A DNA stretch of 64,000 bases from Pristiophorus japonicus. Taxonomy: Eukaryota. This document shows, piece after piece, positions 1 to 13,345 of the stretch (positions are counted from its first letter, which is position 1; each line of letters begins with the position of its first letter). Under the pieces are notes generated by a model. The model did no database searches. It worked only from the letters and a program-made list of their open reading frames with translations, and was not told where the DNA came from. The translations under genes were made by a program, and so were the position numbers. The stretch is taken from contig NC_091984.1 in the NCBI RefSeq assembly GCF_044704955.1, forward strand, positions 54,126,001 through 54,190,000, written 5' to 3'.

Positions 1-3000
1 GTGCATAGTGCAGCAGTTGGTGAGTTGGACAGGCAGTGTGGGGAGGACCATAAATAGGCCCAGCGGCAATTGGTGAGTCAGAGGAGGCGTGCTTGTGCAG
101 CTGCAGCAGGGGCAGAAGGCAAAAAAGAAGTAGAAAGAAATTGAAAGGTGACGTCACAGCCAAGGGGGTAAGTGATTGGCTGGTGATTGGTAAGTAGTTT
201 TTCGATTTCTTTATCAGTAAGTAACCTTTTAACATTGTTGTTGCCCAATTAAGTTAATCCAAGGGCTAAGTCATGGCAGGAGAGCTCGGACACGTGTTAT
301 GCTCCTCCTGTACTATGTGGGAACTCACGGACGCTTTCGGTGTCCCTGACGACTACGTGCGCGGGAAGTCCATCCACCTGCAGATCCTGACGGACCGCAT
401 TGCGGCACTGGAGATGTGGTGGATTCACTCTGGAGCATGCATGATGCTGAGAATGATGTGAATAGCACATTTAGCGAGTTGGTCACACCGCAGGTAAATG
501 GTACACAGCCAGATAGTAAATGGGTGACCAACAGGAAGAGCAGTGCAAGGAAGGTAATGCAGGGGTCCCCTGTGGTAATCCCCCTGCAAAACAGATACAC
601 CGCTTTGGGTACTGTTGGGGGGGATAACTCTTCAGGGGAAGACAGCAGCGGCCAAGTTCATGGCACCGTGGGTGGCTCTGCTGCACAGGAGGGCAGGAAA
701 AAGAGTGGGAGAGCGATAGTGATAGGGGATTCAATTGTAAGGGGAATAGATAGGCATTTCTGCGGCCGCAACCGAGACTCCAGGATGGTATGTTGCCTCC
801 TTAGTGCAAGGGTCAAGGATATCTCGGAGCGGGTGCAGGACATTCTAAAAAGGGAGGGTGAACAGCCAGTTGTCGTGGTGCATATAGGTACCAATGATAT
901 AGGTAAAACAACAGGATGAGGTCCTACGAGAAGAATTTAGGGAGCTTGGAGCCAAATTAAAAAGTAGGACCTCAAAAGTAGTAATCTCAGAATTGCTACC
1001 TGTGCCACATACTAGTCCGAGTAGGATAGCTCAGATGAATGCATGGCTTGAGAAGTGGTGCAGAAGGGAGGGATTCAAATTCCTGGGACATTGGAACCGG
1101 TTCTGGGGTAGGTGGGACCAGTACAAACTGCACGGTCTGCACCTGGACAGGTCTGGAACCAATGTCCGAGGGGGAGTGTTTGTTCGTGCTGTTGGGGAGG
1201 AGTTAAACTAATATGGCAGGGGGATGGGAACCTATGCAGGGAGGCAGAGGGAAATAAAAGGGAGACAGAGGCAAAAGATAAAAAGGAGAATAGTAAAAGA
1301 GGAGGGCAGAGAAATCCAAGGCAAAAAATAAAATGGGCCACATTACAGCAAAATTCTAAAGGGGCAAAGTGTGTTAAAAAGACAAGCCTGAAGGCTCTGT
1401 GCCTCAATGCGAGGAGTATTCGGAATAAGATGGACGAATTAATTGCGCAGATAGCAGTTAATGGATATGATGTAATTGGCATCACAGAGACATGGCTCCA
1501 GATGACCAAGGCTGGGAACTCAACATCCAGGGGTATTCAACATTTAGGAAGGATACACAGAAAGGAAAAGGAGGCGGGGTGGCGTTACTGGTTAAAGAGG
1601 AAATTAATGCAATAGTAAGGAAGGACATTGGCTTGGATGATGTGGAATCGGTATGGGTGGAGCTACGGAATACCAAAGGGCAGAAAACGCTGGTGGGAGT
1701 TGTGTAATGATCACCAAACAGTAGTAGTGAGGTTGGGGACAGCATCAAACAAGAAATAAGGGATGTGTGCAATAAAGGTACAGCAGTTATCATGGGCGAC
1801 TTTAATTTACATTTAGATTGGGCTAACCAAACTGGTAGCAATGCGGTAGAGGAGGATTTCCTGGAGTGTATTAGGGATGGTTTTCTTGCCCAATATGTCG
1901 AGGAACCAACTAGAGAGCTGGTCATCCTAGACTGGGTGATGAGAAGGGCCTAATTAGCAATCTTGTTGTGCGAGGCCCCTTGGGGAAGAGTGACCATAAT
2001 ATGGTAGAATTCTTTATTAAGATTTGGAGAGTGACACAGTTAATTCAGAAACTAGGGTCCTGAAGTTAAGAAAAGCTAACTTCGACGGCATGAGGCGTGA
2101 ATTGGCTAGAATAGACTGGCAAATGATACTTAAAGGGTTGACGGTGGATAGGCAATGGCAAACATTTATAGATCACATGGATGAACTTCAACAATTGTAC
2201 ATCCCTGTCTGAAGGAAAAATAAAACAGGGAAGGTGGCTCAACCGTAGCTAACAAGGGAAATTAAGGATAGTGTTAGATCCAAGGAAGAGGCATATAAAT
2301 GGGCCAAACAAAGCAGCAAACCTGAGGACTGGGAGAAATTTAGAATTCAGCAGAGGAGGACAAAGGGTTTGATTCAGAGGGGGAACATAGAGTACGAGAG
2401 GAAGCTTGCCAGGAACAAAAAAACTGACTACAGAAGCTTCTATAGATATGTGAAGAGAAAAAGATTAGTGAAGACAAACGTAGGTCCCTTGCAGTCGGAC
2501 TCAGGTGAATTTATAATGGAGAACAAAGAAATGGCAGACCAATTGAACAAATACTTTGGTTCTGTCTTCACGAAGGAAGACACAAATAACCTTCCGGATC
2601 TACTAGGAGACCGAGGGTCTGGAGAGAAGGAGGAACTGAAGGATATCCTTATTAGGCGGGAAATTGTGTTGGGGAAATTGATGGAATTGAAGGCCGATAA
2701 ATCCCCGGGGTCTGATTGTCTGCATCCCAGAGTACTTAAGGAAGTGGCCCTAGAAATAGTGGATGCATTGGTGATCATTTTCCAACAGTCTATCAACTTG
2801 GGAGAGAGAAAATGGGTAATTATAGACCGGTTAGCATGACATGGGGAAAATGTTGGAATCAATTATTAAGGATGAAATAGCAATGCATTTGGAAAGCATG
2901 ACAGGATTGGTCCAAGTCAACATGGATTTATGAAGGGGAAATCATGCTTGACAAATCTTCTGGAATTTTTTGAGGATGTAACTGGTAGAGTGGACAAGGG

Positions 3001-3585
3001 AGAACCTGTGGATGTGGTGTATTTCGACTTTCAAAAGGCCTTTGACAAGGTCCCACATAAGAGATTGGTGTGCAAAATCAAAGCACATTGTATTGGGGGT
3101 AATGTACTGGCGTGGATAGAGAATTGGTTAGCTGACAGGAAGCAGAGAGTCGGGATAAACAGGTCCTTTTCGGAATGGGAGGCAGTGACTAGTGGAGTGC
3201 CACAGGGCTCAGTGCTGGGACTCCAGCTCTTTACAATATACATTAATGATTTGGATGAAGGAATTGAATGTAATATCTCCAAGTTTGCAGATGACACTAA
3301 ACTGGGTGGCGGTGTGAGCTGTGAGGAGGATGCTAAGAGGCTGCAGGATGATTTGGACAGGTTAGGGGAGTGCGCAAATGCATGGCAGATGCAGTATAAT
3401 GTGGATAAATGTGAGGTTATCCACTTTGGAGGCAATAACACAAAGGCAGAATATTATCTGAATGGCGGCAGATTAGGAAAAGGGGAGGTGCAACGAGACC
3501 TGGGTGTCATGGTTCATCAGTCATTGAATGGCTATTGAAATGTTGGCCTTTATCTCAAGGAAGCTGGAATATAAAGGGGAGGATT
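1..3585 (+). mobile_element. CR1-clade LINE, degenerate and 3'-truncated (5'UTR, ORF1 with SGNH esterase, ORF2 APE endonuclease + reverse transcriptase)
   Basis: ORF1 fragments carry esterase motifs GDSIVRG, HIGTND, HGLHL. ORF2 fragments carry LNARSIRNK, GITETWL, IMGDFN, DFQKAFDKVPH, SGVPQGSVLG, KFADDTK. Many frameshifts and stops. Confidence 0.95.
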
Positions 3586-4459
3586 TTATCTGTGTTTTTC
3601 TGAAACAAACAATATGCGTAATTTTAAATCTGTAGGTAAATCTTTGACATAGCACAAAAAAAGCGGAAAATAGGGGGAAAAAGTGGAAAATATGGGAGAT
3701 AAAAGCTCCAAATTATATTTTCCTTTTTGACTATTGTCCAGAAAGGTTCTGTTTACACATCCAGATTTCAACCGTTTTTACACAACTTTATTTTTTGGAT
3801 TTATTGTTTTGATTGAAGCGATAATCTCCTGGCCATAAAGCACACCATCAGGACATGACATAGGCATAGCATCAGGAGTAGGCCATTCAGCCACTCGGGC
3901 CAACTCCGCCATTCAGTAAGTTCATGTCTAATCTGTACCTGAACTCCATTTATCTGTCTTGGCTCCATATTGCTTGATACGCTTGCCTTTCAAAAATCGA
4001 TTGATCTCACAAACATTACAAAATACTGTTGAATACAAAGTACGTTTGAACAGTATCCATTAACCTATGTAGGCCAAAAGCATTTTAATGTTTTCTTCTT
4101 TTTCAGTAGTCCTGAAACTTGTGAAAGAAAATCACTTACTGCAATGAAACTGTACTTTTTATTTTAACAAATATTGACCTAAAACTGAACTGAGCTAAAA
4201 AATCTTCACTTGCGTAATCTATTTTGGGAAAACAGATGGCTTGATTTCCATTAATTTTAACTTAATTCTTTGCTGCTCAAAATAAAAATGCAGTAAGGTT
4301 AATAAAAACAAGCTATTTATCAAACTGATTTGCACTCGGTCATACCAGGGCGTCACAGGAACTCACTAAGCTTCGCCCACCCAAGCTAATCAATCAGGAT
4401 TTCTAGAAAATTATAGGTCTTTGTTTATCAATGACGTACTTTTAGTTTGTGGATGGAAG

Positions 4460-4816
4460 TGACCGGGGCCCAGGAGAGGCATGAGTCTGGGACCCAGAAG
4501 AGGCTGGGGCCCAGGGGCAGCACGGGCCAGCCCACACTGCGATATATGTGCGCACTAGGTCAGTGCAGCTGGGCAAGTCTCCAGTCGTCTTGGTTAATTC
4601 TTGCCACTGGACCAAGACCTAGCTCTGTCAAGCCTGTGTGGTGGCTGGTGTGCAACAGCCACCACACGTTAAAAAAATTCAAGCATAGGCATCTTCTACC
4701 CTCCAAGATGTAGTTCAGGATCTGGAATATTAGGTCCTTCATTGAAACACCTGTGAATTCATTGCTTTTTGGCGTGGAAGCAAGTCATCCTTGCTTTGAG
4801 GGACCGCCTATGATGA
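4460..4816 (+). mobile_element. Non-autonomous retroposon/SINE with RTE-like 3' tail
   Basis: Its 3' end (gtggaagcaagtcatcc...gagggaccgcctatgatga) resembles the RTE tail at 24303-24347. The 5' boundary is approximate. Confidence 0.5.
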
Positions 4817-5384
4817 CTTTTAGTTAGCCATCAGGATGCCAGAAGTCATTTGAGAACTATCTCAAATAGTGAGCTTTTACCTATAAAAGCCCCAAAATAC
4901 CAGAATTCTGAAGGGTCTCGGGCTGTATTGAGCAAGTAAATTAAAGAGTCAAATATAAAATGACACAGAAATTCAGACATGTTTTATTCTTCTATTTTCT
5001 TTACTGCATGTTTTATTGTCTCTGATCAGTTTAATTCATACATTTTGGGCCCCTTAAGCTTTGATACCTGTACTACAGAAATCTCTTACAAAATGGGATT
5101 CTTTCTGACTATTTTTGTGACTGAACCAAATCAGAAATGACGTGGCTCAGGAATCAGATTGGTCCGCGCCAACATAGTTACGGGATCACATTAGCTTCTG
5201 CGAACACACTCGGGGAATGTCACAGTAGCCTGATTCTGGAATCTGATAAAAAGGAACATTACAATCATATGTTCGAAATTCTTCGAACACCTAAACTTTT
5301 GATTTTATAGGTGCACACGTTTAGCATGAGGTAACACAGATCATGGCTGTTGTGGTAATGCACTTCAGCCATGATCGGTGTTAA

Positions 5385-5394
5385 TTTATTTATT
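5385..5394 (-). terminator. Tandem AATAAA polyadenylation signals, candidate MMACHC 3' end
   Basis: Two overlapping tttatt on the + strand about 95 nt past the MMACHC stop. Further candidates lie near 4983 and 5012. Confidence 0.45.
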
Positions 5395-5487
5395 CAGCAC
5401 CTAAATAGCAAATAGCTTCTACGTCTTTTTCCCTTCCAGCACCCCCTCACCAAATAATGTAATATAGGCTTCCTGCCAGTGGACAGA

Positions 5488-5832
5488 TTAAAGAGCTCCA
5501 TGTGTTGTGCTTTGTTGATTTCCTCCAGAAGTCATTGAAGAACAGTCACTTTTCAGTCCAAGTAGTTTAAATCTTTCAGCAGGAGGTGTAGCAAAGTACT
5601 GCTTTTGTTCTTCAGAGTATCTCTCTTCTACATCAATGATATCTCTGTAGGTCCAGTCCCGCCAGTGTAAATTAAACCTTTCGAGTACTTGGATCTTTTT
5701 TTCATCTGTTGAAACACAGTCTACAGGCAGCTTCTGCTCAAGGGATGGGGCCTGGACATCCGGGAATATCAGGACTCCTCGTATTGCAAACCAGCCTCCA
5801 TAGCGCGGATGAATGCACACTCCATACATTTT
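5488..5832 (-). CDS. MMACHC: Cyanocobalamin reductase/alkylcobalamin dealkylase (cblC), coding exon 4 (last)
   Basis: Acceptor ttttccttacag. Encodes [19 protein letters not shown]...HWRDWTYRD...[12 protein letters not shown] at 5488-5490. Phase 0, 345 nt. Confidence 0.96.
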   Translation of the reverse strand, partial: KMYGVCIHPRYGGWFAIRGVLIFPDVQAPSLEQKLPVDCVSTDEKKIQVLERFNLHWRDWTYRDIIDVEERYSEEQKQYFATPPAERFKLLGLKSDCSSMTSGGNQQSTTHGAL

Positions 5833-6119
5833 CTGTAAGGAAAAGATGTTTAATTTTTTGTTAAATGTAAGGCATTTATTGATTTCTGCCTTCTTTTGGT
5901 CTCCCCAACTCAACATGCTATGCTACCATAGGGCTCTTCCATGTTAAGGGCTACCCGCCTTCATGTATTTCCCTGCCAAGTACAAACGTTTTCCCCAGTG
6001 CCAAGTACCATCTTTGGCAGGGATGGCAGCTAACATGTCCTAGGCCTCCAACAATGCCACTCTGTAACTATCTGCTGAAGTTGCACAAAAGTAGCCTAGG
6101 ACAATCCCCTAATGTTTCT

Positions 6120-6360
6120 TTCCTTGTTGCACTTCACGACCAATGAACTACCTTTGAAGTGTACTCACTGTTGTAACGTAGGGCAACATGGCAAACAATT
6201 TGTGCACAGCAAGCTCCTACAAATAATCAGCTAAATGACCAATTTGCTTTCGTGATGTTAGTTGAGGGATAAATGTTGGCTAAATCACCGGGAGATGTCC
6301 CTTGCTCTTCTTCAAATAGTGGCATTGGATTTTTTATGTCTACATGATAGGACAGACAGA
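6120..6360 (-). repeat. Deu-domain SINE remnant
   Basis: Reverse-complement similarity to the SINE body and tail at 48440-48630 and 49090-49170. Confidence 0.6.
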
Positions 6361-6364
6361 TAGT

Positions 6365-7119
6365 GGCCCAGAAATTCCAGCCTCCTTGGGTCCATACGGA
6401 GTTTGTACGGACCCAGGAAGGCATCGGAAAAGCTGGTTTTCAGCACACAATGCGTATGCGCTGAAAACCAGCTTTTCCGATCTGTCAAGCTGGAGCTTGA
6501 CAGATCATCCACATCTCGGGAGGGAGGACATTTGCAAGGACAAGAGTGCAGTATTTACCCATATCTTGCCCAGCAAATGTCCTCAAAACTCTTGCGCCTG
6601 ATAAAAGCAGACACATAGCCTACTTTTAAAGGTACAAGAGTCTTAAAACACACATAAATCATAAAAAATAACATTAAAAATACACATTTTATTTTTCAAA
6701 ACCCTGCTCACTACGTTAAATTTATTTTAAAGCATAATTAAAAAAACTTTTTAAAAACTCGGAAATTTTTTTTTCTCTAACTTTAATTTCAATGAATTTT
6801 AATTAGGTGTGTTTTTTATTTTTTAAATTCGTGTTATTGTGTTTGTTTTTTTTTTCTCAATTGATAGCAATGAGAACTCATAGATACGGAGTTCCCATTG
6901 CTATTAATTGAGAATACTTTACCTGATTGGTTGAGCAGTCACATGTGACTGCACCTTCTGCGTGGGAACCTGGAGGACAGAAGTGCGTTTTGCAGCGCGG
7001 GAAGAGAAGGCCTCCCCAACAAAATCCCACACTCCTCAGGGACCACCAGGTACTTTCGGAAAAATTCTCCAGTCGGAGGCAATTGCCCGCGGGAAGCCTC
7101 CGACCGGAAATTCAGGGCC
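6365..7119. mobile_element. Non-autonomous TIR element (Harbinger-like MITE) with multiple internal hairpins
   Basis: Imperfect TIR ggcccagaaattcc / ggaaattcagggcc. 3-bp flanks agt/aat. AT-rich core and several palindromes. Confidence 0.65.
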
Positions 7120-7146
7120 AATATTATACAATTCATCAAATCCATA

Positions 7147-7276
7147 CAAAAGCAAAATACTGTGGATGCTGGAATCTGAAATAAAAACAGAAAATGCTGA
7201 AAATCTCAGCAGATCAGGCAGCATCTGTGGAGAGAAACAGAGTTCACGTTTCGGGTCTGTGACCCTTTGTCAAAAC
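7147..7276 (-). mobile_element. Penelope-like element terminal fragment
   Basis: Reverse complement matches the end of the Penelope copy at 20700-20802 (tctctccacagatgctgcctga...cagcattttctgtttttat). Confidence 0.7.
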
Positions 7277-9118
7277 CCGATAAATGGTTAGGTATTCACT
7301 ATTTTGTTTAAGATAATTATAGTTGGAAAGGATCTTAGGGAAAATTTGTACTTTCTCCATCCAGTCCACAAAACAGTAACTGATTTAATTAAATCTAGAT
7401 TATGGGGAACAAAAAGTGAAGCTTTCATAATTACAATTGTACAAATGGTACAAATGTCACACCTGATACAGGATACCCATGTTTTTTGTCTTCATGAGCT
7501 GCGTGGAACCTCAGGGTTCAGAGAAAAAGTTTAAATCCATGTTGCTATTAATTTGCATTCAGCTATGGATAGCAAGGCGGAGGGGTTTAAGTGGAATGAT
7601 CCAATGTGAAACGAATGAGTAAAAGTGGATCAGATAGATGGGGATGCAAATACAGCCACAGTCAGAAAAGTGGAGGATGCACAATGACAGGTAGGGCGAG
7701 AGAAGGTTGCAGAGGTGGGGATGGAGCTGGTCTTGGAGGGACTCAGAATTACAAGGATTTTGAATTTGATTCACAGGAAACAATGGATAAGGACAAGGCT
7801 ACAAGAACAAGCGGATCAGGATGTGGTTGACAGAGTTTTGAATGCAAGGTGGAAATTGGGAGGTCATTGAAGTGAGTGTTGGGGTAATTGAGACTGAAAA
7901 TGTCAAAGAAATGGATGAGGGTTTCAGTGACATGGGGATGGGGGGAGGGTGAGGGGGGGATGAAGTTAGGGGTTGTAAGGTTTAGGATTTTTGGAAATCA
8001 TTAGCATGGACCAAATTTTATGAATAATGGCTCTTTGGACTTGTTGGCTAAATGGGAAAAAACATTGAACGGGCATTTTGATTCAAATATCCACATTTCA
8101 CAAACCTGTCTGCTGGTAAGAAACCCAGGAAACTGAAATAAACTGTCATCAGCAAGCTGAAAGAAGAAACATTTTAAGGTCGCCAGAAGCCACAAGGCTG
8201 AGACAAAGAAAATCTCCTTATTCAGTATCGCTTAGGTTACATCAAAACTGTACAAAAAGGAGAACAATATGATCTATTCTCAGGAGGGGAAAGGCAATCG
8301 TCAAAGAGAAGCAACATGAAGAAGAGCCAGAAGATGAAGAATCACATCTGTACATACTCCACAGCCCACTCCTCCAGAACAAAATGATTTGGTCAATCTG
8401 CTTTCTGAATTGTATTTCATTTGAGAGTATTATTATAACTGTGGCTTATTGTCATTCACCATTGAATAAAGTGCTTAATAATCTTAATATCTATTTATGT
8501 GGTTTCTCTGCTCAAGGTTAGAACTAGTATTATTACACTAAACATAGGGACAAGCTAAAATAATAATCCTACCGGGTGGAGGCAGGTGCTGTTGCAGAGA
8601 TTGAAACAGGAAACAAGAGGGAAAAGGTCTGAGAGAGGGAGGAGTTAGCAGTTGAGGAGGCCAAGTGGACAGTCTCTATCTTCGAGAAGAAAAAAATCTA
8701 TGAGCTCTTCACATGACATTGTAGGTGAGGGTGTGGGATAGGGAGAGAATGAAAGGAGTTTGTCATCAAAAAGAATCTGAATGGTCTTTGCCTTTTATGG
8801 ATTTCTAGGAGAATTTGGCAGTGCAGAGACACGGTGTTTCTTAAGCTAACTAGCCAGATCTGGCAGTGAATGACAAGATCCAATCAAACACCAAAAGATG
8901 CCAATGTGTTCAAAATAATTCACTATCGTGAACTTAGGATCTGACATATTAATGCGTATAGTCCAGTAAATGGCCAAATGCAGATTGCAGCTGCAATTCA
9001 CAAGACCGCTAAGTTCTTATCTTGTCGGAAATATTTAAAATGGGCAATTCAAAATGTAGCAAAACACAATTGCTCCTCCCTCTCCGTCACAGAGGAAGGC
9101 AATTGGTCTCACCCTTAC

Positions 9119-9271
9119 TTTTTCTCCCCAGGGGTTTTTCTGCACATCCTTCATCTGGTAATAATAGGCTGCTCCAGCTACATGTGCGGCTGACTGTACC
9201 AAAACCTTTGGCCTTCGATTAGGAAGCATCTCAAAGTCATGTATAGCTTCAATCTTCTGATCAGAGAAATT
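9119..9271 (-). CDS. MMACHC: MMACHC coding exon 3
   Basis: ttgctttag|NFSDQKIEAIHDFEMLPNRRPKVLVQSAAHVAGAAYYYQMKDVQKNPWGEK|gtaagg. 153 nt. Contains the PNRRP loop and HxxG motif. Confidence 0.96.
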
Positions 9272-9489
9272 CTAAAGCAAGAAAAGAAAAGTTAATGTTC
9301 TCTTAATGCACGAGTTATAAGGGGCCAAATGTCTGGCACCATAACAATAAATGTAAGTACAGGTATAACATTTTTTAAAAGAAAAAACTTTATTTAATGA
9401 TTCACAACATTATCAATTTAACTGATTACATACTCAATACCCTAATGATAAGAGATTTCAATGGCACTCTACCAATTAAGATTAATCTA

Positions 9490-11207
9490 ATCATAGCTAA
9501 CTCTGCTGCTTCACTCCCTGCGTACCAAATCAAACCACCACCCACCCCAACCCCCATTTCTCTAGTTTGGTTTCGATCTGCCTATGTTCTCTCTGAACTC
9601 AATTTGTCAACAAATCTCACCTCCTTCTACTCAATTCCATTCCCCATTCAAATTTCCTTCCTGGTCATCCATGCTAGCTTTCTTCTCAAGCAACGTCCAT
9701 TTTACTTTCAAAACCCACCCTCTCCTCCCGAAAACTGCCATCCCACCTCCAACCTCCCTTTCCTCTCCAAAGTCCTTGAATATGTTGGTCACCTTCAAAA
9801 TTGTCACCCATACCTCCTACAACACTGTGTGTGAATCCCACCAATCAGGTTTCTGCCCCTTTCACAGCCCCATAGCAGCCCTTATCAGTCATGAATAACA
9901 TTCTGTATGACTATGACCATGGTGCATTATCCCTCATCAATCTTTCTACCTTTGACAAGGTGGCCCACACTATCCTCCTCCAATAACTCTCCTGTTGTCC
10001 AGCTCAAATGAACAGTCCTTGCTTGGTTCCACTATTACTTATGTGATCATAGCCAGAGCATCATTACCAATGGCTTTTCTTTGCATGCCGCACATCTTGG
10101 AAGCATTCCAAGGATCTATGGGCCCCTCTTCTTCAGCATCATCCACAGATTATGTGGTCAGCTTCGACATGCAAGGTACAACACCCAACTTTAGATTTCC
10201 ACTGCCCCCCTCAACCTCTCCACTACCTCTGTACTGTCAGTCTGCTTGCCCGACATCCAGTCTTTGATGAGCTGCAATTTCCTTCAGCTAAACGTTGGCA
10301 AGACTGAAACTATCATCTTTGGCCCCTCCGCAAATCCTCACCACTGACTCCATCCCCTCCACGGCCAATTGGAATGAAATTTGACTTGGGTGAGGATGCA
10401 GAAGCGGACGCTATGTCATTTGCTGCCCATTCTACAACCCACCAGATATTCAGTTCCACTGACTTCCATAGAACTGAATATCAAGTGCTGCGTATAACAG
10501 GCGGCCAATGAACTATCGCCCGTTTAGCATTACTGTCCCAGATGAATTTCTATCCCACTATCTCCAAATGAATCAGACTATTCTCAATCCTAGTATTCTA
10601 TTTGAACTTCCAACCTCCTCTCCATCATGATGACCACCTACTTCCACCCAAGGTCATCCACCTCCATCCTTCTGCCACTGAAACCTCAATCTATGCCTGT
10701 CATCTCTAGACTCAACTATTCCAACACTCTCCTGGCTGATTTCCCATCCTCCATAAACTTCAGCTCATGCAAATCTCTGTTGTTTATATCTTATTCTGCA
10801 CCAGGTCCTCTCCTCTCCTGACTAATCTGCATTGGCTCCTGACACCGCCTGCCCTCGGACGCCATGCCATGCCTGAATTTTAAAATTGTGATCCTTGAGT
10901 TTGAATCCTTCCATGGAATTGCCCGTCCTGATCTCTGTAACCCTACCAGCTCTACAATCCTGCCCCCTCTCCCAAAGCTGTCCATTCCTTAGACTTCAAA
11001 TGTTTATTTTGCCCCATCAATGTCAGATGTGCTTTCAGTCATCTAGTCTGCATGCTTTAAAAGTCCCTTTCTCCTTCAAGAACCTCCATAAAACGCACCT
11101 ATTTGACCACGTTTTTTTTTTGGTCACTTCTCCCAATATCTCCTTTGGTGTAGCACACATTTTTTCATATTTCCACCATATATTTCGCTATATATAGATG
11201 CAAGTTG
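9490..11207 (+). mobile_element. Old L2-like LINE fragment with a short MITE-like insert near 10370-10556
   Basis: Decayed RT-like translations (SNLPFLSKVLE, ESHQSGF, SRLNYSNTLL). C/T-rich strand. Tail atagatgcaagttgt. Confidence 0.6.
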
Positions 11208-11438
11208 TAATGCTGCATCAGGGATTGTGCATAATGTTCAGCAAAAAACACAAAGGCTTTAATAAAGATACATCAGCAATAAATTAAAAGCTTTAATAAA
11301 GAAATGTCAGTAAATTAAAGGCTTTAATAAAATTTTAGCAGCAGTAAATTCTTTACATGGTCCTGAAGTGCAAGTTACTCAATTATCTACATTTAGAGTT
11401 AGGGTTTAAAAAAAAAACAATAAAAAGTGTTTCTTTAC

Positions 11439-11633
11439 TTTCTTCACAAGTGAAAAATAATGAGCAACACAGTCATCAATAGGGTCCTGGACACTGGATA
11501 ATTGTTTGCCTACAATGAAAGGTTTGAAGGCTTTCTCAAACATCTGGGGCATGCTGAGGACAACAAAGGCCAAAGTGTCATCTGGATATTGAAGGTGGAA
11601 GGAGGGTTGCATGACGGCATTATACCAACCAAT
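11439..11633 (-). CDS. MMACHC: MMACHC coding exon 2
   Basis: ttttcacag|IGWYNAVMQPSFHLQYPDDTLAFVVLSMPQMFEKAFKPF...QDPIDDCVAHYFSLVKK|gtaaag. 195 nt, phase 0. Confidence 0.96.
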
Positions 11634-12093
11634 CTGTGAAAAAAATAAAAACACAAAGCAGTCATAAGAAAACCAATAGGAACAAGCAAGGCTGAAGAGA
11701 GATATATATATATATTAAAAAAGATAATAAAAACAGTAAATCAGGTGCACATTTCCTGTGTCACATCACACTTGCAGATGATTAGCATTTAAGTTTCTCC
11801 CATCAGATTCATTCACATACCAACTTAATTTTCATAAAGAGCAACTCATCACAACTTGGCACATTTCCTACATTATAACAGTGACTACACTTCAAAAGTA
11901 TGTCATTGCCTCTGACGTCCAGAGGTCATGAAAGGTGTTATATAAATGCAAGAAGGTTAGCATGCAGGTACAGCAAGCAATTAGGAAGTCAAAACGAATG
12001 TTGGCCTTTATTGCAAGGGGGTTGAGTATAAAAGTAAGGTAGTCTTGTACATGGCTTTGGTGAGACCACACTTGGAGTACTGTGCACAGTTTT

Positions 12094-12305
12094 TGTTATG
12101 TATGTAAACCTGTAAATACCATGTCTAACCACCAGAGGGCTTATCCCCTGGAGTCCCAAGGGATCCCACAATCCCTTGTGAGCACCTGTATATAAGGAGG
12201 CCTCACAGGCTGGAGAGGCACTCTGAGATCTGTAATAAAGGAATACGGTCACACCTTACTTTGAGCTTGCAATATCTGGTCTGACTCTTTAGTCAAGACT
12301 TAACA
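12094..12305 (+). repeat. Gypsy 5' LTR
   Basis: 212 bp, tgttatg...ttaaca, with TATA-like tatataa and aataaa. Confidence 0.95.
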
Positions 12306-12344
12306 ACTGGCGACGAAATACAAATGACGAACCCCGCCACAGCA

Positions 12345-13345
12345 ATGCAGAGAACCGTGGGCATCCTAGAGAAATTTTCGGAGGGAGATGATTGGGAAAC
12401 CTTCGTGGAGCGACTCGACCAATACTTTGTGGCCAACGAGCTGGAAGGAGAAGCGAACGCTGCCAAACGAAGGGCAATTCTCCTCACCAATGTGGGACAC
12501 CAATGTATAGCCTCATGAAAAATCTGCTCGCTCCAGCGAAACCCACAGACAAGTCGTATAATGAGTTGTGCACACTGGTCCGGGATCATCTAAACCCGAA
12601 GGAAAGCATTCTGATGGCGAGGTATCGGTTCTACACGTACAAGAGGTCTGAAGGCCAGGAAGTGGCGAGCTACGTCGCCGAGCTAAGGCGCCTTGCAGGA
12701 CATTGCGAATTTGAAGGACACTTGGAGCACATGCTCAGGGACTTCTTTGTACTTGGCATTGGCCATGAAGTAATATTTCGCAAACGTTTGACTGTAGAGA
12801 CCCCAACCTTGAGTAAAGCCATAGCGATAGCCCAGACGTTTATCGCCACCAGTGACAATACCAAACAAATTTCTCAGCACACGAATGATGCTGCAAGTAC
12901 TGTGAACAAAGTAACGTTGTTTTCGAATCAAAATGTACAGGGCAGGACTTACATGCCTGCAGCTGCATGTCCGCAGATGACTCAGAGTCCACCATCAAGG
13001 GTGATGAATACAAGGCCATTAACACTTTGTCGGCGCTGCGGGGGTGATCATCGTTTCCATTCATGCCGCTTCAAAGGATATGTCTGCAAGGGTTGTGGAA
13101 CAATGGGACACCTCCAACGTATGTGCAGGCGAGCTGCAAACCCTGTTAATCCTGCAAGCCACCATGTTGCGGAGGAGGACAGGTCCACCATGGATCACGA
13201 CGAACCAGAGCCTCAGACCGAGGAGGCAGAGGTATATGGGGTGCTCACATTTACCACAAAGTGTTCCCCGATAATGCTGAAGGTTGAATTAAATGGACTC
13301 CCGTGTCCATGGAGTTGGACACGGGCGCAAGCCAGTCCATATTGA
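12345..13345 (+). pseudogene. Gypsy gag (frameshifted) with CCHC zinc knuckle
   Basis: MQRTVGILEKFSEGDDWETFVERLDQYF...; CKGCGTMGHLQRMC. Split over two frames. Confidence 0.85.

Noticed and set aside
1-5300. PRDX1 exons expected downstream of MMACHC from human synteny
   Set aside because: No peroxiredoxin-like coding sequence recognised; it may lie outside the window.
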